A stretch of DNA of 64,000 bases from an uncultured delta proteobacterium (GTDB lineage: Bacteria > Desulfobacterota > Desulfobacteria > Desulfobacterales > B30-G6). The notes below the pieces were generated by a model. That model was given only the letters and a program-made list of their open reading frames with translations, had not been told where the DNA came from and made no database searches. This document shows positions 21,713-31,410 of this stretch, one piece after another. The stretch spans positions 1,944,100 to 2,008,099 of the forward strand of contig CAWGLD010000001.1 in assembly GCA_963823335.1 (NCBI GenBank), read 5' to 3'. Within the stretch, counting starts at the first letter, position 1, and each line of letters starts with the position of its first letter. The translations under genes and the position numbers were made by a program.

Positions 21713-22225
21713 ATGGGTATGGATATGTTAAATCGATTACGGGCAACTTGCACGACAAAATTATTTTTATTTATTTTATTGGTTGCTGTTGTTTTTATGG
21801 TGAGCTGTGCTGGAACAGCAAACTACGGACAGTTTGTTTATAATGACAATGTTAAAAAGGCATTTGAAACTTATCAGATTCCGCCGAATCACACTTACTT
21901 TTACAGTGGACCGGATGCTTTTCCGAGAGCTGTGATCGGGATTCGAGATGAGTATCACCTCGAATCAAAATATTGGAAACCGGTCGATCTTACACAGACT
22001 CAGCTGAAAAGATGGTTAGAAATGGGAGGCCGTTCGAGGGATGACTATTATCCGAATAAAAACGGTGCAGCTTTACTTACCCCGGACGGCAGGCAAATAG
22101 GTATCTGGTATGCGGTCAAAAACTGGAGGGACCGGGCAACGGTGAAAATGATTGATGACAAAACAGTAAATGTTAGCCCCCCGTTGGAGGACACTAGCGG
22201 ACAGATAAAGATGATGATCCCCTAA
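21713..22225 (+). CDS. Hypothetical lipoprotein
   Basis: Hydrophobic leader ending FMVS-C (lipobox-like). Confidence 0.7.
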   Translation: MGMDMLNRLRATCTTKLFLFILLVAVVFMVSCAGTANYGQFVYNDNVKKAFETYQIPPNHTYFYSGPDAFPRAVIGIRDEYHLESKYWKPVDLTQTQLKRWLEMGGRSRDDYYPNKNGAALLTPDGRQIGIWYAVKNWRDRATVKMIDDKTVNVSPPLEDTSGQIKMMIP

Positions 22226-22323
22226 GATTGGACAATGTGATAGCTCCAAGTGCACAATGATATCTTGATCCACGGGTCATGTTGGATGACCTCAATATGT
22301 GGGCTTGCCATCCGGGGTCAAAT

Positions 22324-22348
22324 TGAACCGCAACAGCGGGCATACCCC
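22324..22348 (-). repeat. Partial copy (3' tail) of the modular element
   Basis: Minus strand GGGGTATGCCCGCTGTTGCGGTTCA versus consensus GGGGAATGCGCTCGCTGTTGCGGTTCA. Confidence 0.65.
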
Positions 22349-22410
22349 TCGGATGGTCAAAGAGTATAAAAAAGTCAGACGGTGTTATTTGCAGATGATG
22401 GCAAAGCACC

Positions 22411-23844
22411 TCATTGACGCTGCCCCCTGACGAGCGGTTCCCGAATGATAGGTGCTGCCTCGATAATCCGCATTTTCTTCCATTTACCGTGCCGGTAACG
22501 CAGATAAAATGCGATGCCGAGGGTTGCGATGTAAAAAGTTACCAGCACCCAAGCGGTATAAATGCCGGTTTCGAAAACCTCAACTGCCAAATAGATGGGG
22601 ATGATCATCACCCCGCAGGAGAGTGCGGCGATAGTCCACAGGATAAACTGCGTGTCTCCGGCTCCTTTCAAGGCGCCGGAGAAGATAAGGTTCATGGCAT
22701 CGAAAAGGCAAAATACGGCCACAAAGCGCAGCAGGATGATTCCCATATCCATTATCTGGTCGGAAATGACCGGGTTGACACTGTTATTTCTGAAAAGACT
22801 GAGCAACGGCTCGGGGTAAAAGACAAAGATGGCCATCATAACGCACATGTAGATGATGGCGATATGCAATGAGCTGGTGGTGGCATAGACGGCATCTTCG
22901 GGTTGCCCGCGCCCGACGGCCTGGCCCACAAGTGTTGAAGTACCGATATGAAATCCGAAGACGGGTAAAAATGCGATCGATTCAATCGATAATACGATGT
23001 TTGTGGCGGCAAGTTCGAGGTCTCCCAGGCGTCCCAGCATCTGAATAAAGAATGCGAAACCGAATATTTCCAAGAAGAACTGTCCCCCGCTGGGTAGACC
23101 GTAGCGCATCAGACGGCCGAAAAGATCCCGGTCGAAAGACCAGTTTTTCCAAGTTCCGAAAGTTTTGCGGTTATGCGGACTGAAAACAAGCAAAATGAAA
23201 ATCAGGTTGATGAAGGCGGATGCCGATACAGTGGCGATGGCGGCGCCCACGATGCCAAGGGCGGGAAAGGGACCGACGCCGTTGATCAGGCAGTAGTCAA
23301 GAGGTATGTTCAGTGCCGCTCCGGCTAGATGGACCCACATAACCGCCCAGGTCAATCCCCGTCCAGTATAGAAGCATGAGAGTGCGGAGCTTAAAACCAC
23401 CAGCCCGGCACCCAGGGTGAGAATGTTGAAATACGCAATCTCCAAAACGCGGACATCGGCCGAATGGCCGATCAGATTGAATAACTGACGGGAGATAAAA
23501 TAAAATAGGGCCAGAAAGCAGGCCGCGAAAAGTGAGAAATAAATACCCTGCCATAACGCTGCACCTACACGATCCAAAGCCTGCGCACCAGTATACTGCG
23601 CCACAAAAGAATTTGTATAACCGGCGACCCCCATGAAAAAAGAGATCAGCGTAAAAGATACAATTCCGGCCGGCAAAGCGGCAGTAATCGCCTCCACCGA
23701 GTAATTGGCCAGAAATACACGATCGGTAAACTGCATCAGGGTGATGGTACCCATGGAAGCGACTAATGGCAGGCTGATTGTAAAGACATGACGGTAGCCG
23801 TTGGGCAGAATCCAGCGTTTGTGCAGATAATTGAAGATATGCAA
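22411..23844 (-). CDS. MATE family efflux transporter
   Basis: FTDRVFLA, FVAQYTGA, NIPLDYCLING, GALKGAGDT; about 12 TM segments. Confidence 0.92.
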   Translation of the reverse strand: MHIFNYLHKRWILPNGYRHVFTISLPLVASMGTITLMQFTDRVFLANYSVEAITAALPAGIVSFTLISFFMGVAGYTNSFVAQYTGAQALDRVGAALWQGIYFSLFAACFLALFYFISRQLFNLIGHSADVRVLEIAYFNILTLGAGLVVLSSALSCFYTGRGLTWAVMWVHLAGAALNIPLDYCLINGVGPFPALGIVGAAIATVSASAFINLIFILLVFSPHNRKTFGTWKNWSFDRDLFGRLMRYGLPSGGQFFLEIFGFAFFIQMLGRLGDLELAATNIVLSIESIAFLPVFGFHIGTSTLVGQAVGRGQPEDAVYATTSSLHIAIIYMCVMMAIFVFYPEPLLSLFRNNSVNPVISDQIMDMGIILLRFVAVFCLFDAMNLIFSGALKGAGDTQFILWTIAALSCGVMIIPIYLAVEVFETGIYTAWVLVTFYIATLGIAFYLRYRHGKWKKMRIIEAAPIIREPLVRGQRQ

Positions 23845-23933
23845 ATGGTCTGTCCTTTTGTATTATCCCAAGCGTGTGGTCAGGGGTGCCCATCATGCCC
23901 CGGTGCCGGTTTTCTCCAGGGGACCTACTATTA

Positions 23934-25382
23934 CTAATCCTCAATACCACACAGCTTTCTGGCCGCTTTGGTTTTTTCCATCATATCGACCAGGCGTGAA
24001 ATCATGATTCTCTGGGCCTGGGGTGATCCGGCGCCATGCATGGATTCTGTCAGGTAACCCACGGCGGCCGTTCCCAGGGTCAAATTTTCGATCAACCGCA
24101 AAATGCGCATCCGGTTCAATGTCGGGACGTCACAATTGGCCGCAAAGTATTTTCCTATCCATTTACCGGTTTCCGGTGCGCTTAAATCCATTTCGGACGG
24201 CATGGTCACCATCAACCCTCCGGCGATGTCCTGGGCCATGCGGGAAATTTCATAAGGGAAACGCGTAACATTCTGTTTGTGGATATTGGCCAGCAAGGTG
24301 TTCACGGAATAGGTGCCGCTGGGTTCTTGACTGCCTTCGGAGGCACATGCAATACACCCACAATAAAGGGTTTCGTTCAGATGGTTCATTTCGATGATCT
24401 TGTCTTTGATGTGTGAGGCCCTGGCGACATTGTTGTATTCTGCAGCCGTCTGGGAAGCACCGATCAGGACATCCCCCACACCGACCTTGCAGGCATAGCT
24501 CTGCCGATGGTAAGCGGCGAACTTTTCGACCAGTTCTCCGGCAAATTCATATTCCTTATACATGAACACCCGCTCCCAGGGGACAAAGACATCGTCGAAA
24601 ACCACCAGGGCTTCGTGTCCGCCGAACAAAATATTGCCCTGATCCAGCTGGCCTTCTTCCAGCTTGCGGGTGTCGCAGGACTGCCGCCCCATGATGTACA
24701 GGATGCCCTGGGCGTCGGCCGGCAATGCAAAAGAGACCGCATAATCCCCGTCTTCTTCGCGCATGGCCATGGTGGGCATGACGATGATTTCGTGGGAATT
24801 GACGGCTCCGGTCTGGTGGGCCTTGGCACCCCTGACGACAATGCCGTCCTCTCTTTCCTCGACAACGCGCAAGTAAAGGTCTGGATCGGCTTGCTTATGC
24901 GGGGGCAGACTGCGGTCACCTTTGGGGTCGGTCATGGCGCCGTCGCAGGTGAGGTCATTTTCCTGAACATATTCCAGAAAACTTAGAAAACGCGAGTAAT
25001 ATCCGCTCCCATATTTCCGGTCCATGTTGTATGTGACAATGGAAAGGGCGTTCAAGGCATCCATTCCCACACAGCGCTGAAAGCAGCATCCGGTTTCCCG
25101 CCCTAGCAGCCTGCCCATTTTACTCTTTTTGACCAGGTCATCGACACTCTGGTGAATGTGGGTGAAACGGTTGATTTTTTTACCGGTGATGTGAGAGGTG
25201 GCGGTCATGATATCCTCGTGTTCGAGGAGCTGGGCCATTTCGTAGGTTTTGGCAACCGCCTGCATGGATGGCCGGATGATGGGATTGTCCACCACATTAT
25301 CCAGTTGCTTGCCAAACATATAGACCACCAGGTTCAAGCCTCTAAGACTTCCTTCATATTGTTCAGCGGTCATCATGGTCAT
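23934..25382 (-). CDS. abfD: 4-hydroxybutyryl-CoA dehydratase
   Basis: CFQRCVGMD, GAMTDPKGDRS, RGAKAHQTG, YHRQSYAC, SMHGAGSPQAQ. Confidence 0.9.
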   Translation of the reverse strand: MTMMTAEQYEGSLRGLNLVVYMFGKQLDNVVDNPIIRPSMQAVAKTYEMAQLLEHEDIMTATSHITGKKINRFTHIHQSVDDLVKKSKMGRLLGRETGCCFQRCVGMDALNALSIVTYNMDRKYGSGYYSRFLSFLEYVQENDLTCDGAMTDPKGDRSLPPHKQADPDLYLRVVEEREDGIVVRGAKAHQTGAVNSHEIIVMPTMAMREEDGDYAVSFALPADAQGILYIMGRQSCDTRKLEEGQLDQGNILFGGHEALVVFDDVFVPWERVFMYKEYEFAGELVEKFAAYHRQSYACKVGVGDVLIGASQTAAEYNNVARASHIKDKIIEMNHLNETLYCGCIACASEGSQEPSGTYSVNTLLANIHKQNVTRFPYEISRMAQDIAGGLMVTMPSEMDLSAPETGKWIGKYFAANCDVPTLNRMRILRLIENLTLGTAAVGYLTESMHGAGSPQAQRIMISRLVDMMEKTKAARKLCGIED

Positions 25383-25392
25383 GGGGTCTCCT

Positions 25393-26265
25393 TTATTTTT
25401 TTGAGTAGTCGTACCACCCTTTACCGGTTTTCTGACCATAGTCGCCCTTGAGGTGTTTTTCAACCACACTCGGGCTGGGTAAATGGCGGGTATCACCGGT
25501 TGTCCGAAAAGCTTCCATTCCCATGGTGTAGGTCAGATCGATGCCGGTGAGGTCCATCAGACGGAAAGTACCCATGGGATGGCCTGCGCCGTATACCTGG
25601 GCTTTGTCAATGTCTTCCATGCTGGCGACCCCCATATCAAGCAGCCAGAGGGCTTCACGGGTGATGGCGCCAAAGATCCGGTTGAGCAGGAATCCATCGA
25701 CTTCTTTTTTCAGATGAACAGGCACTTTCCCTAGTTTTTCGCACAGAGCCATGGAGAGTTCCCTGGTTTCGTCCGAAACATGGGGACCCTGGACCACCTC
25801 CACAAGCTTCATTACAAGCGCTGGATTGAAAAAATGGACATTGAGGACTTTTTCCGGTCGCCGGGTGGCGTCGGCAATTTTAGAGCTGATGATGGCCGAG
25901 CTGTTGGTGGCCAGGATCGCGTGCGCGGGTGCCATCTTGTCCAGGGCGGCAAAGATTTTGCGTTTCAAATCAAGAACTTCCAGAACCGCTTCAATGACGT
26001 AATCCGCTTCTTTGACGGCATCCTCCATACTGTGGGTGAAAGATATCCGCTCCCGGGCCGCTGTTGCCTGCTCCTGGGACAATCTTCCTTTACTAACCCG
26101 GCTGGCCATATACGTGTCGGCAAAATCTTGTGCTTTTTTTAGAATGTCCACATTGATGTCCGTGCAGACGGTTTTGTAGCCGTGAATCGCACACAGCATG
26201 GCGATCTGATGCCCCATGTTTCCCGCGCCGATAACGGCAATGTTTTTGATGTCGTCAATTTTCAT
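25393..26265 (-). CDS. 3-hydroxybutyryl/3-hydroxyacyl-CoA dehydrogenase
   Basis: IGAGNMG, VIEAVLE, ATNSS, HFFNP, GFLLNR, KTGKGWY. Confidence 0.92.
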   Translation of the reverse strand: MKIDDIKNIAVIGAGNMGHQIAMLCAIHGYKTVCTDINVDILKKAQDFADTYMASRVSKGRLSQEQATAARERISFTHSMEDAVKEADYVIEAVLEVLDLKRKIFAALDKMAPAHAILATNSSAIISSKIADATRRPEKVLNVHFFNPALVMKLVEVVQGPHVSDETRELSMALCEKLGKVPVHLKKEVDGFLLNRIFGAITREALWLLDMGVASMEDIDKAQVYGAGHPMGTFRLMDLTGIDLTYTMGMEAFRTTGDTRHLPSPSVVEKHLKGDYGQKTGKGWYDYSKK

Positions 26266-26528
26266 GTTGCGGCTCCTTTTAATGTTAATGGTTTTCCAGG
26301 GGCAGGTTAAAAATAAAATCCCATGATGATACACAACGGTGTCGTTTCCATGCGAATGGCCTGCCGGTCTTGGGTTTTTTTATCGGAAAACACTCCATAC
26401 ATCAAAGAAATAATGGTTACCCCTGAGAATGTTTTAGGACGCTAAGCCCTTTAGGGAGGATACAACTGCACTTTTAAATTGATTTCAAATAGATACCCTT
26501 TACCCAACCCGGAAAAACCGGAAAGGCA

Positions 26529-26570
26529 AAAATCTTTTATCACGAAAAAGACCTAATAATTTTCGTGTTT
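26529..26570. repeat. Reduced copy of the CACGAAA/TTTCGTG element
   Basis: AAAATCTTTTATCACGAAAAAGACC...TTTTCGTG shared with 17429-17503. Confidence 0.65.
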
Positions 26571-26597
26571 AATTTTATTGTTTATAGTTCCGTATGG

Positions 26598-27914
26598 TTA
26601 CGAAATTCTACCACTATGTGATTTTGGTATAGACCATATCAACACCGCGGCGGCAAGATCAAAAACCAAAAACATTGCATAGGCCAGATTGTAGGAGCCG
26701 GTTCGGTCAAAGCTCTGTCCGGCAATGAGATACCCCGCTATCTGCAGAATCAGGAACAGGGAAGCGAACCGAATGACAAAGGGAAACGCTTCCCTGCCGA
26801 AAATATCGGCGATAATGATGGGGTAGGTGGACATGACGCCACCCATGGTGAACCCGAAAATTACGACAAACAGGAACAAGGCCGGCAGTGATCCGTGAAT
26901 GAAGGTAAAGACAAGACCAAAACCGTTCAGCACGGCAATCAGGGTGGCCACATAGCGGGTGTCAAAATAGTCGCATATGAGACCCCATAGGTATTTGCCC
27001 AGGGCACCGGCAAAGGCGGTTGCCGCCATGAGCCACATGGCAGCCAGGTCACTGAACCCGATGTCGGCAAAACGGGGTTTTAGCTGTGACATGACGCCCA
27101 CGGCAACGGCTGTTAACAGTGCATAGGCCATCCCCAGTCTCCAGAAAGTTCCATTGCGGACAAGACGCTTTATGGGCCACTGCATCATCGGCTTCCCTGT
27201 TGAAATAAACGATGCTCCCGGGCTGGGAAAGATTGAATGTCCTCTTGTTCCCGACAGACCGGTTCCTTCTCCATCCAGGACCCGGGGATCGATGCCGTCC
27301 GGGCGCAGTCCCTGGTCTTCGGGCCAGTCTTTTACGACCAGCCATGCAGCAGGTCCCACCAGAAATACCAGAAAAGATATAAAAAGCGATGCCTGCCCGA
27401 TTCCCAACCAGAGAATCATGACCATCGCCACAAGCGGTAGCACAGCCCCTGAAAAAGACACCCCTGCCGCGGCCAAGCCCATGGCACGGCCTCTTTTGGC
27501 GATAAACCAGTTATTTACCGCAGTACTTGCTACGATACCGCCATAGGCGGCATTGCCCACAAACAGCACGATGAAATAGAAATAGAATTGTGTCAGTGTC
27601 TCCGATCGAATGAGCATGAAAAATGCAACACCGGAAAGCATGGACCCCAGCAGCATGAGGATGCGTACGCCCACACGATTGACGATGGTGCCGTAGACCA
27701 TCTGGGCCAGAAGACCGAAAAACGTGCCATACCCGGGTGCCAGGCCGATGTCGGTGCGTGTCCAGCCGTGGGCCTCACACAGGGGTTCCATGAATGCATT
27801 CATAAGGTAGAAGCCGGTACCCACCGACATGAAATTGGCTATGAAGGCAATAATTACGATATACCAGCCATAAAATATCCTGGGCCGGGTTTCAACTCTG
27901 GCAGTGGTGATCAT
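26598..27914 (-). CDS. MFS transporter (OFA/monocarboxylate-like)
   Basis: IFYGWYIV, NNWFIAKRGRAMG, IADIFG, FDRTGSY. Confidence 0.88.
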   Translation of the reverse strand: MITTARVETRPRIFYGWYIVIIAFIANFMSVGTGFYLMNAFMEPLCEAHGWTRTDIGLAPGYGTFFGLLAQMVYGTIVNRVGVRILMLLGSMLSGVAFFMLIRSETLTQFYFYFIVLFVGNAAYGGIVASTAVNNWFIAKRGRAMGLAAAGVSFSGAVLPLVAMVMILWLGIGQASLFISFLVFLVGPAAWLVVKDWPEDQGLRPDGIDPRVLDGEGTGLSGTRGHSIFPSPGASFISTGKPMMQWPIKRLVRNGTFWRLGMAYALLTAVAVGVMSQLKPRFADIGFSDLAAMWLMAATAFAGALGKYLWGLICDYFDTRYVATLIAVLNGFGLVFTFIHGSLPALFLFVVIFGFTMGGVMSTYPIIIADIFGREAFPFVIRFASLFLILQIAGYLIAGQSFDRTGSYNLAYAMFLVFDLAAAVLIWSIPKSHSGRIS

Positions 27915-28121
27915 GCGTGTATTCCCATAACATTCAGCGTTGAGCAATACGCTATGCCATAACCTTAAGGCAATAATAAAGCACGTATTATTTCTTGATA
28001 TCGGGATTGACAAAAAAAGAATAGATATCCATCTGAGGTAATCGATTGTTAACTGAGTTGACTTATCAGCTGGTTATGATAAATTTGTTCTGCTTTATCT
28101 TGATTGTAAATCAATCGTCAA

Positions 28122-28196
28122 TTGAAGAACCGCGCAGCATGCGAAGCACTGCCGAATGGCAGAACCTACGGGGAATGTGCTCGCTTTTTCGGTTCA
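28122..28196 (+). repeat. 75-bp modular palindromic element, copy 3
   Basis: 5 substitutions relative to copy 1. Confidence 0.92.
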
Positions 28197-28279
28197 GGGT
28201 AAATTGAGCTTTTTTTCACAAAGAGCCTCACGCAATGAAATGTTCTGTCAGAAATTACGCATTCGAACGGGGTGTACAT

Positions 28280-28756
28280 ATGAAAAAGAATTGGTTTTTT
28301 GTTTGTTTAATACTTCTTATTGGTTTTTATTTTTTTGCGCCCCCGCCTATACACGCAGAAGGGAAAATTGGGTTTTCCAAGGGGCAGACAATTTATGTTC
28401 CGGCATATTCCCATATTTACAGCGGTAATCGCGAAAAACCTTTTCTGCTTACGGTAACAGTGAGTATCAGAAATATTGATCCGAAGAACCCAATCCATAT
28501 CACCACGGTCAATTATTACGAAACCCAGGGGAAACTTCTGAAAAAATATTTAGAAAAGCCTGTCGCGCTGGCACCGTTGGGATCATTACGATATATCGTT
28601 CCAGAAGGAGATAAAACCGGTGGTTCCGGTGCCAATTTTATAGTTGAATGGAAATCGGACCAACCTGTCAACCCACCCATCGCTGAAGCCGTGATGATCG
28701 GAACACAGTCTCAGCAAGGCATTTCCTTTACCTCTCGTGGTCAGGTGATTGATTAA
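28280..28756 (+). CDS. DUF3124 family exported protein
   Basis: Signal peptide, GQTIYVPAYSHIY, SIRNID, GGSGANFIVEW, GISFTSRG. Confidence 0.82.
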   Translation: MKKNWFFVCLILLIGFYFFAPPPIHAEGKIGFSKGQTIYVPAYSHIYSGNREKPFLLTVTVSIRNIDPKNPIHITTVNYYETQGKLLKKYLEKPVALAPLGSLRYIVPEGDKTGGSGANFIVEWKSDQPVNPPIAEAVMIGTQSQQGISFTSRGQVID

Positions 28757-28796
28757 ACGAAAGCTCCTCATACAGGTGTCGGGATAAAAAACTACC

Positions 28797-29966
28797 GTGA
28801 AACCGCTATCGGAGATCACTACCAAATTCACCGAGTCCGTCATCAGAGAGATGACACGGATCAGCAGTGCCAGGGGGGGCATCAACCTTGCCCAGGGGTT
28901 TCCGAATTTCGATCCGCCGGAGGCTATCCGTCAGGCCGCCATTGACGCCATCCAGCAGGGCTGGAACCAGTATGCCGTCACCTTTGGTGAGGCGGATCTG
29001 AGAGAAGCGATCGCCCGTAAAGCCCTTCAGTATAACCGAATCGAATGTGATCCTCACACCGATGTAACCGTTACCTGTGGTGCCACCGAGGCCATGATCG
29101 CCACACTCAAGGCCCTGGTGAACCCAGGGGATGAAATCATTATTTTCGAACCTTTTTATGAGAATTACGGACCGGACGCCATCCTCTCCGGCGCAAGACC
29201 GCGCTATGTGACACTGAGATCCCCGGACTGGTCCTATGAATCAAATGAGCTGTCTGCTGCATTTAACGGGAACACCAAGGCCATTATTATCAACACCCCC
29301 AACAACCCCACTGGGAAAGTCTTTTCCCGTAAGGAGCTGGAGGAGATCGGCCGTCTCTGTATTAAGTGGGATGCCATGGCCATCACGGATGAAATATACG
29401 AACACATCCTGTACGACCAGGAGACGCATGTCTCCATGGCATCCATAGACGGTATGGCCGACAGGACCGTGACCATCAACTCCCTGTCCAAAACCTATTC
29501 CGTTACCGGATGGCGTGTGGGGTGGGCGATTGCCGAAGCCGGTATCACCAGCCGTATCCGCAAGGTGCATGACTTTCTGACTGTGGGCGCGCCCACACCA
29601 TTCCAAAAAGCGGGTGTCTGTGCACTCAACATGCCCGAAGAATACTACACCGCGCTTCAGGAGCGATATACCGGTGCACGGGACCGGCTTTGCTCGGTCT
29701 TGAAAACCGTCGGTTTCAATGTTGAAGCGCCCAGGGGAGCTTATTACATCATGGCCCACGCAGGTGCCTTGATAGATCGATACCCAGACGTGGGTGCCAA
29801 CGGATTCAGCATAAAACTGCTGGACATCACAGGCATTGCAACTGTTCCGGGAACCGCCTTTTATCACTCCCCGGCAATGGGTCAGGATCAGGTCAGGTTC
29901 TGTTTTGCAAAAGATGACAGCACCATCCAGGCTGTCTGCCGGAGGCTGGAGAGACTCACCGGTTGA
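28797..29966 (+). CDS. PLP-dependent aminotransferase class I/II
   Basis: INLAQGFP, NTPNNPTG, DEIYEH, SLSKTYSVTGWRVG. Confidence 0.93.
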   Translation: MKPLSEITTKFTESVIREMTRISSARGGINLAQGFPNFDPPEAIRQAAIDAIQQGWNQYAVTFGEADLREAIARKALQYNRIECDPHTDVTVTCGATEAMIATLKALVNPGDEIIIFEPFYENYGPDAILSGARPRYVTLRSPDWSYESNELSAAFNGNTKAIIINTPNNPTGKVFSRKELEEIGRLCIKWDAMAITDEIYEHILYDQETHVSMASIDGMADRTVTINSLSKTYSVTGWRVGWAIAEAGITSRIRKVHDFLTVGAPTPFQKAGVCALNMPEEYYTALQERYTGARDRLCSVLKTVGFNVEAPRGAYYIMAHAGALIDRYPDVGANGFSIKLLDITGIATVPGTAFYHSPAMGQDQVRFCFAKDDSTIQAVCRRLERLTG

Positions 29967-30031
29967 ACCGCAACAGCGAGCGCTGTCCCCGTGGGTTCTG
30001 CCTGCGGCAGCGCTCCGCATGCCGCGGGGTT
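29964..30031 (-). repeat. Diverged copy of the modular element, overlapping the aminotransferase stop codon
   Basis: TGAACCGCAACAGCGAGCGC...CTGCC-TGC-GGCAG...CCGCATGCCGCGG. Confidence 0.8.
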
Positions 30032-30222
30032 AGCGAGGGACTCCGGATTAGACAGAATTCTATATGGTCGCTGCGAAACACTGCCGCACGGAAAAATATT
30101 CTCATAGTCTGCTGCGAAATTCTTCCAAAATTGCCCGCTTTCGGGTACGCTGCTTTCCATGGACATGTCTTGATTGTTCTACAAACCGCGTGCTTGGCAC
30201 GCGGTTCCGAACCTGAACTTAC

Positions 30223-30248
30223 GGAGACGTGCCGTCTCCTTTGTTTTT
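30223..30248 (+). terminator. Intrinsic terminator-like hairpin upstream of corA
   Basis: GGAGACG-TGC-CGTCTCC followed by TTTGTTTTT. Confidence 0.55.
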
Positions 30249-30335
30249 CCCCCATTTTGGGGGAAATCCAAGCCACCTGTTTCACGGGTGGTAGTTGACT
30301 TGGAATTCACAGGGTTTACATAAGGGAGGTCGCCC

Positions 30336-31394
30336 ATGAAATTTAAAAAATCTTCTAAAAAAGCGGGTCTTTCTCCGGGAACTCTTTTGCACGTGGGCGA
30401 GAGGAAAGTCGACGACGTCAAAATTTCCATCATGGATTACGCTGAAGGCCATCTTCATGAAACACTTGTGGATACCATCGAGGCATGCGCGCAATTCATG
30501 GAGACAGATTCGATTACCTGGATAAATATTTCGGGCATTCACGACATTGACATGATCCAAAAACTGGGTAGCTGTTTCAGTTTGCACCCCCTGGTTCTTG
30601 AGGATGTTCTCAATACGGAACAGCGTCCCAAAATGGATGATTTTGATGTGTATCTTTTTTTATGCCTCAAGATGGTCTATCCGGATGCAGGCTATCAGAC
30701 CATACATTATGAACAAATCAGTCTTATCATCGGTCCATCTTATGTGATCTCATTGCAGGAGGTCGAAAAAGATGTTTTTGATGCTGTTAGAGAACGTATC
30801 CGGCATGCAAAGGGGCGCATTCGAAAAAAAGGGAGTGATTATCTGGCCTATGCACTGATCGACCTGGTGGTAGACCATTATTTCAAGATTCTCGAGGAAC
30901 TGGGGGAAAAAATTGAAATACTCCAGGATGAGGTCATCGAAAACCCGGAGCCTTCATCCCTGGCGGTCATACAAAACCTGAAAAAGGAGCTTCTTTTCCT
31001 GCGCAAGTCCATCTGGCCCTTGAGGGAGATAGTCAATACCCTGACACGGGGGGAATCTGATCTGATCCGCGAGGATACCGTTATCTATCTTCGGGATGTG
31101 TATGATCATACCATCCAGATTATCGACACCATCGAAACCTTTCGGGACATGCTTTCAGGGACGCTCGACATCTATCTGTCGAATATGAGCAATCGGATGA
31201 ATGAAGTCATGAAGGTATTGACGATCATGGCGACCATATTTATTCCCATGACGTTTATCGCCGGCATCTATGGGATGAATTTCAAATATATGCCGGAACT
31301 TGAATGGGCCTGGTCTTATCCGATACTGTTGCTGTTACTTCTGGGCATGTTCCTGGTGATGATATTTTGGTTCAAACGTAAAAAGTGGTTTTAA
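30336..31394 (+). CDS. corA: Magnesium/cobalt transporter CorA
   Basis: GLSPGTL, LHPLVLEDVLNTEQRPK, YGMNF signature, MPEL. Confidence 0.96.
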   Translation: MKFKKSSKKAGLSPGTLLHVGERKVDDVKISIMDYAEGHLHETLVDTIEACAQFMETDSITWINISGIHDIDMIQKLGSCFSLHPLVLEDVLNTEQRPKMDDFDVYLFLCLKMVYPDAGYQTIHYEQISLIIGPSYVISLQEVEKDVFDAVRERIRHAKGRIRKKGSDYLAYALIDLVVDHYFKILEELGEKIEILQDEVIENPEPSSLAVIQNLKKELLFLRKSIWPLREIVNTLTRGESDLIREDTVIYLRDVYDHTIQIIDTIETFRDMLSGTLDIYLSNMSNRMNEVMKVLTIMATIFIPMTFIAGIYGMNFKYMPELEWAWSYPILLLLLLGMFLVMIFWFKRKKWF

Positions 31395-31410
31395 GGCAAG
31401 GAGGCGGAAA

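Noticed and set aside
30196-30211. Sigma-54 promoter TGGCACG upstream of corA
   Set aside because: The -12 GC is missing (TTCCG) and the sequence is part of a palindrome
30030-30335. Canonical M-box (ykoK) riboswitch before corA
   Set aside because: Only short chance-level matches (for example TACGCTGCT); the conserved core could not be aligned by eye
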